DNA of 64,000 bases from the human T2T-CHM13v2.0 reference genome, Homo sapiens (GCF_009914755.1 NC_060928.1), one strand, 5' to 3'. Positions 1-19,221 are shown, numbered from the stretch's first letter. Notes: generated from the sequence alone by a model not told the origin. Translations and numbers: made by a program.

Positions 1-3000
1 GGTGGTAAACTGGTAGCATGAATTCTAATTGGGCTTCTGTTATTCTAGCCGAGAAAGTTGGGGAATGGTCTTTCCGTAGAATAATACAGACCTGGGAATC
101 AACTGCATGGAGGAGGTAGTTATAGGTGATGAGATGGCTCAGGGACAAAGTTTGGTAGAAGGAGAAAAGATACTAGGCTGGTACAAAAATAATTGCTGTT
201 TTTGCCACTACTTTCAATGACAAAATCCGAAATTACTTTTGCACCAACCTAATAGGATGCAAACTTCGGAGCCATCTGCATCAGAGGGATTGATGAAGAT
301 CAGCAAAGCTTGGGAACACAGGAAAGGAGCGGGGAGGGTAATGACTTGAGGGCATATCAGGGATAATCAAGGTTTTTCTTGTTAGCATGTGGAGACTTAA
401 GCATGATTATATGTTAAACGTCTGGCACATACATGGTGCAAAATATTTATGAGTGAAATGACAAGTGAAGGTGGTGAGTCATGGGAGTTCCAAGGGAACG
501 GGTGATAAAGGGAGGTCTCAAATGAGGCACAAGTGGAGAAGGTAGCTTGGGAAAGGAGAAGGATGCTACTCCTTATAAGATGGGAAAGGCAGAGGAAGAG
601 GGTCAAGGTACAGTGATCCGGGGTGAGATAGAAGTGAGTTGAGAGAACTCCACTCTGGGCTCTGAAATCCCTAGGGATGGGTTTGGGGGCTTTGAGATAT
701 GGAAGAGGTTTAAAGTTAATTGTTCTAGCAAATATGGTTTGGAACTTATTTGTGATGCTTAAAAATATTGCTGAGCACAAGTGAAGTCTACCCTAGAGTT
801 GGATGGTGAGATTATTTAGTGGAACTACCAGATCCATGTTGTGATTCTTTCCAGTATAATTCAGCAGCCCTTGGGCAGTTGCGAGGCAAGTCATCAGTGG
901 GGTATGGAGATTTTCCAGGTGGGTGTGGTTGAAGGCAGGGAAGAAAGAGTTCAGGAGCACATTTCAAGAAGAAGGTGACTGTAAGGTCCAGGCTGAGCAG
1001 GAAGGTAAAGCAAGAAGGAAACATGAGGTTGTGAAGAGAAGTTTAGAGGGATGAGGAGGCAGGAGAGGTGAACAGTTGCAGGATGTAGCTAGAGTGGCGA
1101 TGTTAGATCTTGGAGCAAGAGAGTTTTACAGTGATTATGAAGATCAAAGGGCATTAGAATCAAGCTATAAAGAGCCACTGTTTGATGTTGGGATGTGAGG
1201 ATGCTGCAGGTGGATGTCTGCACATTGATGGTGAGAACATGGTCACCCTGGCCCTGCTGGGTCTTTGCTAAAGAGACTGTGCTCTGTTCTTGGGGCCGTT
1301 TTCATCACCTGATTAGAGCAGTGGTCCCCACATGGTGTTCTTTGGACCATCTGTATAAAATGTTCATAGGTCAAGGGTAAAATGGAAAAACAGAGAAAAT
1401 GTCACAGAAATGTGCCCATTGGTGAAACACCACGAGCTGTCCTTTTTGGAGGATTATTCTTTATTCTAAAAATGTATATATTCTATTCTATTAAAACATT
1501 TTTGTATTTGCATTTTTTTCTCTTTTATGAAATGCCATGGGGTAGAAATTTGTAATGTATCCAATTCTCCTGTCTTCATGCATTGCCCTGTGGTGGGGGA
1601 GGGGATGTGGCTAGTACTGGCCAAGAGGCTGGGGGCAGAGGTGCAGTGTGAGACTTCTAGCCTGGGGCATTTAATTCTTCGTACAGGGCTCTCTAGCATT
1701 CTTCTCCCTCTGTTCCCTGCTTGGTGATACTCGAGGTAATGCAACCCTCATTACCCTTAGTCTTAGGGCAAGTTTGATGGGAAACAGAGCACCCCACACC
1801 TCCCTGCAGATGTAGCATGAGAGAGAAAAACAACTTCTGATGTTTGAAGTTACCAAGATTTAGGAGTTGTTTGTTACTGCAGCAAAACCTCACCTATTCT
1901 GACAAATCATGTTGGAATTTCTATGTATATGTGTGTGAAACTGGTAGTTTAAAAACGTTCCTTCTTTCCAAAAAGAAAAAAAAATTGCAACCTTATGTTG
2001 GTTCTCAAATTAAAAAAATATTTTTACTGGTTTATAAAATAGAAAAATCTGAGAATCTGTAGCTTAGAGAACTAACAGTGTGGGATGTCTATAAAGACCA
2101 GGTTATTTTATCAGCTCCTAACATGCCTTAATAAAAGCTTAGCCAAGACTTGTAATATTTCAGTCTTTCCCATTCCACGTTCCATGGACCCTTGGAGAGA
2201 CATTGATGAAGCGGTGCATCCATGAACCACCCTAACTCAATCCTAGTGGCAGAATCCCCCTTTTACTGCAGAATGAGCTTCTTCCTACAGTGATACTTGA
2301 ACCCCTTAGATATATCCTGTACTAATTATATTAAAACACGACCAATGCTTTTGCTTTGTTGTCCCCCAAATTAAACATATTAATCATGAGAACCCAGAGA
2401 ATTGGATTTAGTGTAACTGATTCCAAACTGTCAGTAAGAACATAATTAGGTTATATTTTTCTCCAGTTCAGATAAAAGAAAATTGACAATAAAATGCTGA
2501 TCAATATGTGTAGCTCAGGAGGTAGAGCCTGCTTTGAGATGCAGAAGTGTTTGGTTTTTTTTAGATCTATATTCTTGAGTAAAGAAAAAATCCATCTCTC
2601 TTTCCTAGAGGGGAAGATTTTCAGAGCTGGGCTTGGCAACGGCCTGACTATCAGAGGCTGAATTAAACCAATAGGTACCTCCCTGGAGTGAATGGTGCAT
2701 TTCTCCTGTTCGGGGCACCGTGTTTTTATGGTGGAGTTTGCTTTCTGTCTTGGTCTCCGGATGTGTGTATCTGTGGGTGGATGTCTGCATGTAAATGGCA
2801 GTGTATACCTGTGTGGGTGTGTACAAAATTCCCATGTGAATCTCAGCTTTGTGGGGATCTCCGGGTCTTGAGCCCAGCAGATGCCATTTGAAGAAAAATC
2901 ACTTGAAAATGAGACAGAAAGAATGGAAACTAAAACCTAGCTCTAAAGGCACCAGGCTGATTAAAAAAAAATTCTGTATCTTCTTTGTTTTCTACTCTAC

Positions 3001-3096
3001 CTACTTCCAAATGGCATTTCTGTTTCCTATGAAATGATTAGAATGAAAGAGATTCTGAGCACAAAAGAGCAGATACTGTGTGATTCTGTGTATGTC

Positions 3097-3317
3097 AGGG
3101 TGTCAGCTGTGACGCTGCTGACATTTCGGCTCAGCAATTTCTCTGTTCTATGTGTGGGAGTTCCCTGTGCAGTTTAGGATGTTGAGCGGCATCCCTGGAT
3201 CCCTGGACTCGCTGGATGCAGTAACACAACTCCCCTCAAGTAGAGACAACCCCCAGTGTCTCCAGATATTGCCTAATGTCCCCAGGGGGCAGAATAGCCC
3301 CATCTGAGAACTGCTGC
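3097..3317. mobile_element. MER20-like hAT DNA transposon fossil
   Basis: Motifs 'tgtgcagtttaggatgttgagcggcatccctgg' and 'tgtctccagatattgcctaatgtcccc...tgagaactgctg' resemble the MER20 consensus. Confidence 0.7.
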
Positions 3318-3463
3318 TTTCATGAAGTACAATGTCAGGTGAAATAGGTGGAGGCTGTTTGTAGTCAGGGGTTAGTAGAGATGGAAGAGACCCCAGGAAT
3401 ATCCTGGAAGGGGCTGTAATATTTTGTTTCTTGAATTGGGTGTCGGTAATATGGAGATGTTCA

Positions 3464-3784
3464 GTTGTTGTTGTTGTTTTTGTTGTTGTTTTGAGGGAGG
3501 CTCTTGCTCTGTCACCCAGGCTGGAGCACAGTGGCACCGTCATGGCTCACTGCAGCCTCTGCCTCCTGGGCTCCAGCAGTCCTCCCTCCTCAGCCCTCCT
3601 GAGTAGCTGGAACTACAGGCATGTGCCATCACTGTTGACTAATTTTTGTATTTATTTATTTTTTGTAGAGAGGGGGGTCTCACTATGTTGCCCAGGCTGG
3701 TCTTGAGCTCCTGGGCTCAAGCAATCTGCTCACCTCAGCCTCCCAAAGTGCTGGGATGACAGGCATGAGCCACTGCACCTGGCC
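3464..3784 (-). mobile_element. Alu (J-like) with (TTG)n tail
   Basis: Antisense Alu dimer ending 'cactgcacctggcc'. Confidence 0.9.
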
Positions 3785-4223
3785 AGTATGTTCAGTTTGT
3801 AAGAAAAGTACTGTGTTGACCTCTTCTATGTGCACATTTCTTTAAGTAATAATTCAATAAAACATTTAGAAAAATTGGTCATAATAGGGGTGATGTGCAG
3901 AGTGATTGGCATGAAAGCTGATCACCTTAATTTGAACTACTCTGAAATGAGCACCAGGGGCCACCAAGAGGAGCCTTTCAAGGTGTCATAGCCAAGGAGA
4001 GGAGTGTGTTGTGTACATCTATGCATAAAGGATTCGCTGGTTACATGGAAGGATGAAGCCTCCTCCTGAGGACAGAGACAGCAAAGCAAGTGGAAGCCCA
4101 AAGCATTGAGCTTTCTAAGTAGAATTTGCTAAAATCTTGTGGATGACTCATGCTCTTAACCTACACGCATGTACATATTGTCCATATACACATTAATTCT
4201 GTAACAAGGCCCACACATAAGGG

Positions 4224-4518
4224 TTTTTTTCTCTTTTGAGACAGTCTTGCTTTATTGCCCAGGCTAGAGTACAGTGGCATAATTGTGACTCACTGCAACC
4301 TCCGCCTCCTGGGTTCAAGCAATGCTTGTGCCTCAGCCCTCCGAACAGCTGGGACTACAGGTGCATACCAACATGCCTGGCTAATTTTTGTATTTTTAGT
4401 AGAGACAGGGTTTCACCATGTTGGCCAGGCTACTCTCAAACTCCTGGCCTCAAGTGATCTGCCCACCTCAGTTTCCTAAAGTGTTGGGATTTCAGGTGTG
4501 AGCCACTGCGCCTGGGCC
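4224..4518 (-). mobile_element. Alu
   Basis: Antisense Alu dimer with T tail. Confidence 0.9.
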
Positions 4519-4654
4519 CACAGGTAAGGTTTGAGTTGAGATAGAGAAACTCTGGCAGGACTGAGGAATTGGGCCACAGTCTCTGGGAAATATGCACAAT
4601 TTCTGGAATCTTCTCTACTTCCAGAGTTCCCACTTTCTATCCGTCTCCTGTTTA

Positions 4655-5107
<453 letters not shown>

Positions 5108-5659
5108 CTACTAGAAGGAAGAACACTCTTTTCTTTACGCATGAAAATGTTTTGTGCTTCTTACCTACAAGCACAATTTGTGTTAATTCTGCAAAATTTG
5201 CCATATAACTGTGCCTGTATTCTTAGCATTTTTCCTTTGAGAGATTTTTCAGCATATCATCTTTGGACTATGTGGAATTGGAAATTTACTTAGAGTCAAT
5301 AACAAGTACAGGAAAGTCAGTTCTTAGTCAAGAGTTAGGTTTTCAAAGACAGTGGATAAAATAAAAAATCTAGTACAGTCAAGATTATACGTGCAAATCC
5401 CCTCATCATTCATACAGTTTAGCAGTCAGTCTTACCGTGGCTCACCAGGTCCAATCCATATTTCTTCCTCCACGATTGGAGCAGAGGGTGATTTTTTTTA
5501 TGAGCAACTGATGAAGTCATTTAGAGACCATTTGCAGTAGGAGCCCTGTGTACTAGAGACCAATCAACGTGCCCTCACAGCACCATTTCTCTCTCTCTCC
5601 CTCTTTGTTCTTGCCAAGTACCCACAGTTCATTTTTCATAGATTAAAAGAGCCCAAGTT

Positions 5660-6720
<1,061 letters not shown>

Positions 6721-6922
6721 GAAAAAACAGCCCAAGTTGCAATTTTATTTAACACTTGATTGGCTTTAAAAATAGATTCCAGGCTGGGCATGGTGGCTCA
6801 CATCTGAAATCTCAGTCCTTTGGGAGGCTGTGGTGGGAAGATTGCTTGAGGCCAGGAGTTCCAGGCCAGCCTTGGCAACATGGCAAGACCCTGTCTCTAC
6901 AAAAAAAGAAAAAATATATATC

Positions 6923-8103
<1,181 letters not shown>

Positions 8104-8260
8104 GTATCCGGGCTTGGTGGCATGCGCCTGTAGTCTCAGCTACTCTGAAGGCTGAGATGGGAGGGTGGATTGAGGCCAGGAGTAATTTGAGGCTGCAGTG
8201 AACTATGATTGTGACACTGCACTCCAGCCTGGACTGCAGAGCAAGACCCTGTCTCTTATA

Positions 8261-8262
<2 letters not shown>

Positions 8263-8310
<48 letters not shown>

Positions 8311-8320
8311 TACATACATA
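8263..8320. repeat. (CA)n/(TACA)n microsatellite at Alu tail
   Basis: Direct observation. Confidence 0.97.
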
Positions 8321-8623
8321 CCCGGGCTCTACCTCTGGTGATTCTGACTCAGTAGGGTGGGGTGTCCCCTAGGGATCCTGCTGTTCAGCCTGGTCTGGGA
8401 TCCACTTTTCATTGGGAACTGAGACACTGGCTGTGAGCCTTTCTGTCCTGTGATGTAGAGGTCATGGCGATGCAGTTTCAAGCTTAAGGAGACCTGACTG
8501 TGCGTTAGGTGTTGTGCTGAACATCATCTCTTACTCTCACAGCAACATCCTTAGAAGGTTAATGATGTATCCCTGCTCTACAGATGAGGAACTGAGCTTT
8601 CAGAGGAGTTTAGCTTGTTCAAA

Positions 8624-9300
8624 ACTTATTCTTCCTATGGAAACTTTGTACCCTTTGACCAGTGTCTCCTATCCCCTACCTTTCCTCCACCCCAGCCCCT
8701 GATAACCACTGTCCTACTCTCTATTTCTGTGAGTTCAACTTCTTTAGATTCCACATATAATAAAATCATGCAGTATTTGTCTTTCTGTGCCTGGCTTATT
8801 TCACTTAACACAATGTCTTTCAAGTTCATCTATGTTGTTGAAAATGACAGGATTTCTTTCTTTTTTAAGGGTTAATAGTATTCCGTTGTGTGTATATAGT
8901 ACATTTTCTTTATCCTTTCATCCACTGATGGACACTCAGGTTGATTCTATATCTTGGGTATTGTGAATAGAGCTGCAGTGAACATAGAAATGTAGGGATC
9001 CCTTCGACATATTGATTTTGATTTTTTTTTTGGTCTATATCCAGAAGTTGGGTTGCTGGATTATATGTTTTGAAATCTATAGCACAGCAGCGTGACTATA
9101 GTCAATAATAATGTATCTTTCAAAATAACTAAATGGGTACATTTCAAATGTCGCATCATGAAAATTGTCAGTAAATTAGGGGATGGACCTGTTCATTAGT
9201 TTGATCTAATCATCCCACATTGCATACACATATCAAAACATCACATACATTGGTACAATTATGATTTGTCAATTAAAATAACGTTAGTTAAAAAAATAAG
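8624..9300. mobile_element. 5'-inverted L1MA-type 3' end inserted in a MIR-like element
   Basis: Antisense L1 3' segment ~8624-9066 followed by sense 3' terminus ~9068-9298; flanking direct repeat 'cttgttcaaa'. Confidence 0.75.
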
Positions 9301-11208
9301 TAACTTGTTCAAAGCCCCAGTTGGGATTGATGGAGCTGGGACATGCACCAAGGCTATTGCTGTCAGGCCCACAGAGTCCTTTGTCCACGAATGTTGAAGC
9401 CCTACCTGAGATTTCTACTGAGATCAGTGTAGGGATTCAATGTCTCAGAATCATCCCATCCTCCAGGGCCCACAAGTCCATGACCGCTGCCTCTACCCCT
9501 GACCCTACTGACCTGAAATATGGCCCCTGCTTTCTTTTCCAGGAGCATACAACACTTACACCAAGCATTGATGGGATTTGTTGACTTCATTTGAGATGTG
9601 GGGCCATGGAGAGGGTCCCATGATCCTTGCTTGGTGTTGGCCAACTCATTGACTTCTCTCCTTTGACTTCACCCTTCCCTTTTCTACTCACCTCCTCTGT
9701 CATGGATTGCTCTGGGAATTCTGAGCCCTGGTTCCTTTATTTTGCAGATAACCTTCACTCTTCTCTGCAACGAATCCCAAAAGTGTGTAGTTGAGCTGAC
9801 TGCAAGGTGCTTGACACGCAAGAGAATTTATAAATGGGATTCGGCCTCTGGAAAGTGGTGGTAGTTCCAGATTTATGTGGATGTTACTTTGTTTTTCCCT
9901 ATAAAATCTATTCTTTAAACTGTCAAGCTCTTGGCTCCTGGCTGCAGTCCTTTGCTGGTGGCAGTGGGCTGGGTACTGCCACCGGGGAGAAATGCTCCCC
10001 ACTTAGGGAAAGGGAAACTGGTTCTCTTTAAGAGGCAGAGGGAGGTTTCCAGTGCCAGTTTGTTTGGAGGCAAAATGGCTGTTGTATTAAAATTGCCCAA
10101 ACTTGGGCTGGTGCCTAGTGTGTTTAGAGCTCAAAGCCATGATTGTTTTCATTTTTTTTTTTTTGGTTGTTGGTTTTCCATCCTTTTGCATGGCAGGTTT
10201 CTGCTAATAGCTTCAACCTCAAGAGTCCCATTATACAGACACTAATAGCACCTACTGTGTGTCAGTCTGTAGTGCCTACTATGTGCCAGGCATTGGAGAT
10301 AATATAATGATGAACAAGATAAACATGGCATTTGGAAAAGAGAGTCTGGTTCCCACTCTCAGCCCACCCCAAAGAGAGGCCAGAATTGGGCTTCCAAAGA
10401 TCTCAGATTCCTTTGCATCACCTCCCTGAAGAGAGCGGGTGAAGCTTTGGTGTCTGAAGAGAATTTGGCTGGACAATCCTCCAGGTTTGGAATGATGGGA
10501 AGGAGCTGCCATCTGTGTTTAAGATGAGAAGTAGGGGAGTGGCTGGATATCAGAGGAAGCCAAGATGAACAGAAGGTTTTTGTGAGTTCCTATGCATAGT
10601 GGAGACCTGTTCTAGTGAGGGTCCCTGGGGCTGAGCCTGTGGGTCAGTGGAATGATGCTGTGAGGAGGGTCTTGCTATAGCAGATGGCCCAAAGACGGTT
10701 GATGGATCATGATCAGCTGGAAGAATGGAGAGTTCGGAGGATGTAGATCTTACCTGGCTTTCCAACAGTGTGTAAGCCCAGAATTCTTACATAAGCCCAT
10801 GGAGAAGGGAAAGAAATGCTTGTAACGACAAGATTGAATTCTCCACCTACCAGGCATCCAGGGACTCAGAGCAGATTTAACTGAAGTTACAGAAATAGGA
10901 ATGTGACATTTCCTACATCCGGGTGTGCTGGAGCAAATGTATACCCTCCCTGGTTTGTGGGGAAGGAGAATGCTAACAGACAAGACTCCAGGTTTTCGCT
11001 CTTAAACCTGGTGCCTAGAAATGCATTTTCTACTGAATGCAGACAGAAGCTCCATATAGACATATCCATCGCTGCATCTCTCATGCCTTGTGTTCTCCCT
11101 AATTTTCCCTTTTTAACCCACAGAGGAAGAAAGTTCCAGCATCACTTCTGGCCTCTCAAGTGTGAGTTAGGTGGCCAGGTGGGGTTATTCATGCCTGTAA
11201 TCTCATAC

Positions 11209-12243
11209 TGAAGGGGTGGCCTGCCCCTCCACACCTGTGGGTATTTCTTGTTGGGTGGGATGAGAGACAGAAAAGAAATCAGACACAGAAACAAAGTATA
11301 GAGAAACAACAGTGGGCCCAGGGTACCGGCGCTTAGCATACCAAGGACCTGCACTGGCACCGGTCTCTGAGTTCCCTCAGTTTTTATTGAATACTATCTT
11401 TATTATTTCAGCAAAAAGGAATGTAGTAGGAGGGCAGGGTGATAATAAGAAGGTCAGCAACAAACATGTGAGCAATAGAATCTATGTCATAATGAAGTTC
11501 AAGGGAAGGTACTATGACTGAACGTGCATGTAAGCCAGATTTATGTTTCTCTCCACCCAAACATCTCAGTGGAGTAAAGAATATCAAGGCAGTATTGCTG
11601 TAAACATGTCTCACCTCCCACCATAGGGCGGTTTTTCTCCCATCTCAGAATTGAACAAATGTACAATCGTGTTTTATACCGAGACATTCAGTTCCCAGGG
11701 GCAGGCAGGAGACAGTGGCCTTCCTCTATCTCAAATGCAAGAGTCTTTCCTCTTTGACTAATCCACCTCAGCACAGACCTTTTATGGGTGTCGGGCTAGG
11801 GGACCGTCAGGCCTTTCTCATCCCACGAGGCCATATTTCAGACTATCACATGGGGGGAAACTTTGAATAATACCCAGCTTTCAAGGGCAGAGGTCCCTGC
11901 GGCTTTCCACAGTGCATTGTGCCCCTGGTTTATTGAGACAAGAGAATGGTGATGACTTTTACCAAGTATACTGCTTGCAAACATTTGGTTAACAAGGCAC
12001 ATCCTGCACAGCCCTACATGCCTTAAACCTTGATTTCATACAACACATGTTTTTGTGAGCTCCAGACTGGGTCAAAGTGGTTGGGGCAAAGTGGCTGGGG
12101 CAAAGCTACAGATTAACAACATCTCAGCAAAGCAATTGTTTAAAGTACAGGTCTTTTTCCAAATGGAGTCTCTTATGTCTTCCCTTTCTATGTAGACACA
12201 GTAAGAGTCTGTAAGAGTCTGATCTCTCTTTCTTTTCCCTACA
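11209..12243 (-). mobile_element. HERV-K(HML-2) 3' LTR (LTR5; length suggests LTR5A)
   Basis: Minus strand starts TGTAGGGAAAAGAAAGAGAGATCAGACT and ends GGGGCAGGCCACCCCTTCA; 1035 bp; polypurine tract immediately upstream. Confidence 0.93.
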
Positions 12244-13138
12244 TATCCCCCTTTTCGTTTTGAAAAAACCACCACCATCATCATGGCCCCTTCTTGCTGG
12301 TCGCTGTCTCTCTGGAGCTGCTGGATACAACTGTAGACTAAAAATAGAAAGGACAGATATACAAGGATTAATACAAAATTTGCAATAGTGGAATTTCCGG
12401 TGGTTTTAACCCAAGTGACGGGGGCAAGAGGACGGTGTGGGTGCTGTGGCACCCGGGCAGTCTCCCACCTCCTTTGTGTCTTAGTTGCTGTTTCTCATCG
12501 TTTTCAGTCTTTCTCCTCACCTGCTCACTCGCACCTTTTATCTCTTTGTCTCCCTTCTCTTACGGTCTCTCTCTCTCTCTCTATTTTATACTATCTCTCT
12601 CCCCAGTCTCACTTTCTGTGTCTCTCTCTGATCTCTGTCTCTTTTTCTTTCTCTTCCTCTCCCTGACTCTCCACATGTGCAGTTTCCTTGGTGGATTGTA
12701 ACTTCATCTGTTCTTCTGATATCACCATTTTGTTCACCCTGCGAGTCGATGATGCTCGATTGCGGGTTTTCTGTCTCTGCAGAGGCACTTTCATTTGCAT
12801 CCCTGATGAGTTCATTGTAGAATTTCAAATGTCTAGTGGGTATCCAAACAGGAAGCTGATTTTCTCCTGGTGAAACACAAGCAAAACCTCTCCCCCATGT
12901 TATCACTTTACCTATTTCCCATGTTTTGTTTTTGTTGTCTTTCCACCAAATCAGTTTTCCCTCATGTGGGCTGTTCTTTTTACCAGTAAAATGTTCTGCA
13001 GAAGTAGTGGTCTGATTTCTATGTATGTCTAGAAAATCTAAAGTATAGAGTGTTAGATTAAGTTGCATCTGGGGAGTGCTATACTCCTTATTGTCTTTTT
13101 CCTTTTTTTGTTTAAGCAATTGAGCTTTGAGTGTTCTA
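12244..13138 (-). mobile_element. HERV-K(HML-2) internal remnant: integrase C-terminus, env/rec N-terminus and env C-terminus
   Basis: [46 protein letters not shown] (IN); MNSSGMQ...[16 protein letters not shown] (Env leader, type-2 junction); PVTWVKT...[10 protein letters not shown] (TM tail). Confidence 0.93.
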
Positions 13139-13715
13139 AGCAGGACAGGTAAGATCTGCGTCTGACACAGTCAGCCAGGTCTCCTTACCCTCTGCTTCCC
13201 TTTCTGCCTGTGACTGAATGGGCATGTCAAGGTCTAGTAGGGGATCCAGGAGGAGGAAGCCTCATTAACTTCTATTCTGCAGCAATTGATGGCCATCCAA
13301 CTTGAACAGTGGGGGCTTATCACCTCATATACTAAGACCAGAGATAGCTGATGCCAAGGTTGGCTAAATTAGTAGCTTGAAATGTTAGGTTTTTCATTTG
13401 AGGTTTCTATGCTGCTATTGTCTTCTGCTCTTGGTCACAGAGACTGCCACAATCGGCATGTCAAGTCCTCATGTGACAATATCCAGACACAGCAAGGAAG
13501 AGGTACAGTGTATTCCTGCATGTTTCTTAAAAAAATGTTTTTGATAGAGAATAATTGTACAAATTTATGGGGTCCATGTGAGATTCTGGTACATGCATGC
13601 AATGTGTAATGATCAAATCAGGGTCTTTAGGATATTAATCACCTCAAACATTGATCATTTCTTTGTGTTGGGAATATTTCAAATCTTATTGCTATTTAGA
13701 AATACACAAAAAATC

Positions 13716-15847
<2,132 letters not shown>

Positions 15848-17364
15848 AAATATACAATAAATTGTTGTAGTCACTTTCTGTGATAATAAACACTAGATCT
15901 CATTCCTTCTGTTATATATTTTTATACCCATTAATCAACCTCTTTTCAAACCCCTCCTATTCCCAGCCTCTGGTAACTATCATTCTACTCTTTATTTCCA
16001 TGATATCAATTTTATATAGCTCCAGGGCACACAAGTCCATAACTGTGGTCTCTATCCCTGACCCTACTGAACTGAAATATGGCCCCGCTTTGATTTCCAG
16101 GAGCATAAGCTGCTCATATAAGTGAGAACATGCAATAGTTTTCTTTCTGTGCATGGCCTAGTTCACCTGACATTATGACCTTTAGTTCCATCCATTTAGC
16201 TGAAAATGACAGGATTTCATTCTTTTTTATGGCTGAATACTATTCTATTGTGCGTATATTCCCATTTTCTTTATCCATTCATCCATTGATTGACACTTAG
16301 ATTGATTCCATATCTTGGCTATTGTAAATAGTGCTGCAGTAAATATGGGGGTACAGATATCCCGTTGATACGCTGTTATCTTTTTTTGGATATATACACA
16401 GGAGTGGGATTGCTGGATCATATGGTAGATCTGTTCTTAGTTTTTTGAGAAATCTCTGCACTTTTTTTCATAATGGCTGTACTAATTTACATTCCCACCA
16501 ACAATATACAATAATTTTCTTCACATGCTTGACAGCGTTTGTTGTGCTTTGTCTTTTTAATACCCATTCTAACAAGTGTGAGATGATATCTCATTGTGGT
16601 TTTGATTTGCATTTCCGTGATGATTAGTGATGTTGAATATTTTTTCATAAACTTGGTGATTTGTATATTTTCTTTTGAGAAATGTCTGTTTATTTTTTGA
16701 TAGTTTCTTTAGCTGTGCAGAAGCTCTTTCATGTAATTAGATCCCATTTGTCAATTTTTGCTTTTGTGGCAATTGCGTTTGGCATCTTCACCATGAACTC
16801 TTTGCCCATCACTATGTACCGGATGGTATTGCCTAGGTTGTCTTCAGCGTTTTTATAGTTATGGGTTTTACATTTAAGTCTGTAGGCCATCTTGAGTTAA
16901 TTTTTGTGTATGGTGTAAGGGAGGGGTGTTGTCTTTTCACTCTGTTGATTGTTTTCGTTGATATGCGGAAGGTATTTAGTTTAATATAATCCCATTTGTC
17001 TGTTTTTGTTGCTTGTACTTTTTAAGTGTTAGCCATACAATCTTTGTTCTCAAGCGTTTCTCCTGTGTTTACTTCTAGTAGTTTCATAGTTGTGGCTGTT
17101 ACATTTAAGTCTTTAATTGATTTTGAGTTTATTTTTGTAAGTGATGAGAGATATGGGTCTAGTTTTATTCTTCTGTGTTTGGATATCTAGTTTTCCTGGC
17201 ACCATTTAATGAAGAAGGTGTCCTTTATTCAATATATGTTCTTGACAGCTTTCTTGAAAATCAGTTAGCTGTAAATATGTGGATTCATTTCTGCATTCTT
17301 TAGTCTTTTTCCTTTGTTTTTGTGTCTGTTTTAATACCAATACACGCTGTTTTGGTTACTGTAG

Positions 17365-18414
<1,050 letters not shown>

Positions 18415-18890
18415 TCTTTGCAGTATATTTTTAAATCAGGTAGTGTGAGGCTTCTAGCTTTGTTCTTTTTGCTCAGTATTGCTCTGGCTATTTGGGGTCT
18501 TCTGTGGTTCCATATGAATTTCAGGTTTTTTTTCCTGTTTCTGTGAAGAATATAATTGATAGGGATTATAGTGAATCTCTAGATTGCTTCGGGTAGTATG
18601 GTCATTTTAACAGTATTAGTTATTCCAACCCACGAGCATAGGATGCCTTTCCATTTGCTTGTGTCCTTCTCAATTTATTTTATCAGTGTTTTGTGGTTTT
18701 CATTGTAGAGGTTTTTTTTTTTTTTTTTTTTTTTCCTCATCCTTGGTTAAGTTTATTCCTAGGTATTTTATTTTTGTGGCTATTGTAAATAGAATTTCTT
18801 CCTTGATTTCTATTTTAGCTAGTTTGTTACTGGTATATAGAAACATTACTGATTTTTGTATGTTGATTTTGTGTCCTGAAGCTTTACTGA

Positions 18891-19221
<331 letters not shown>

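Noticed and set aside
1-1200. Purine-rich stretch and 127-aa minus-strand ORF (397-780)
   Set aside because: No recognisable protein similarity; probably a decayed L2-like repeat, but too degenerate for me to call
12586-13119. 177-aa ORF as a novel fusion protein
   Set aside because: Integrase C-terminal remnant running into low-complexity insert; lacks the catalytic core, a true ATG start and the upstream LTR promoter
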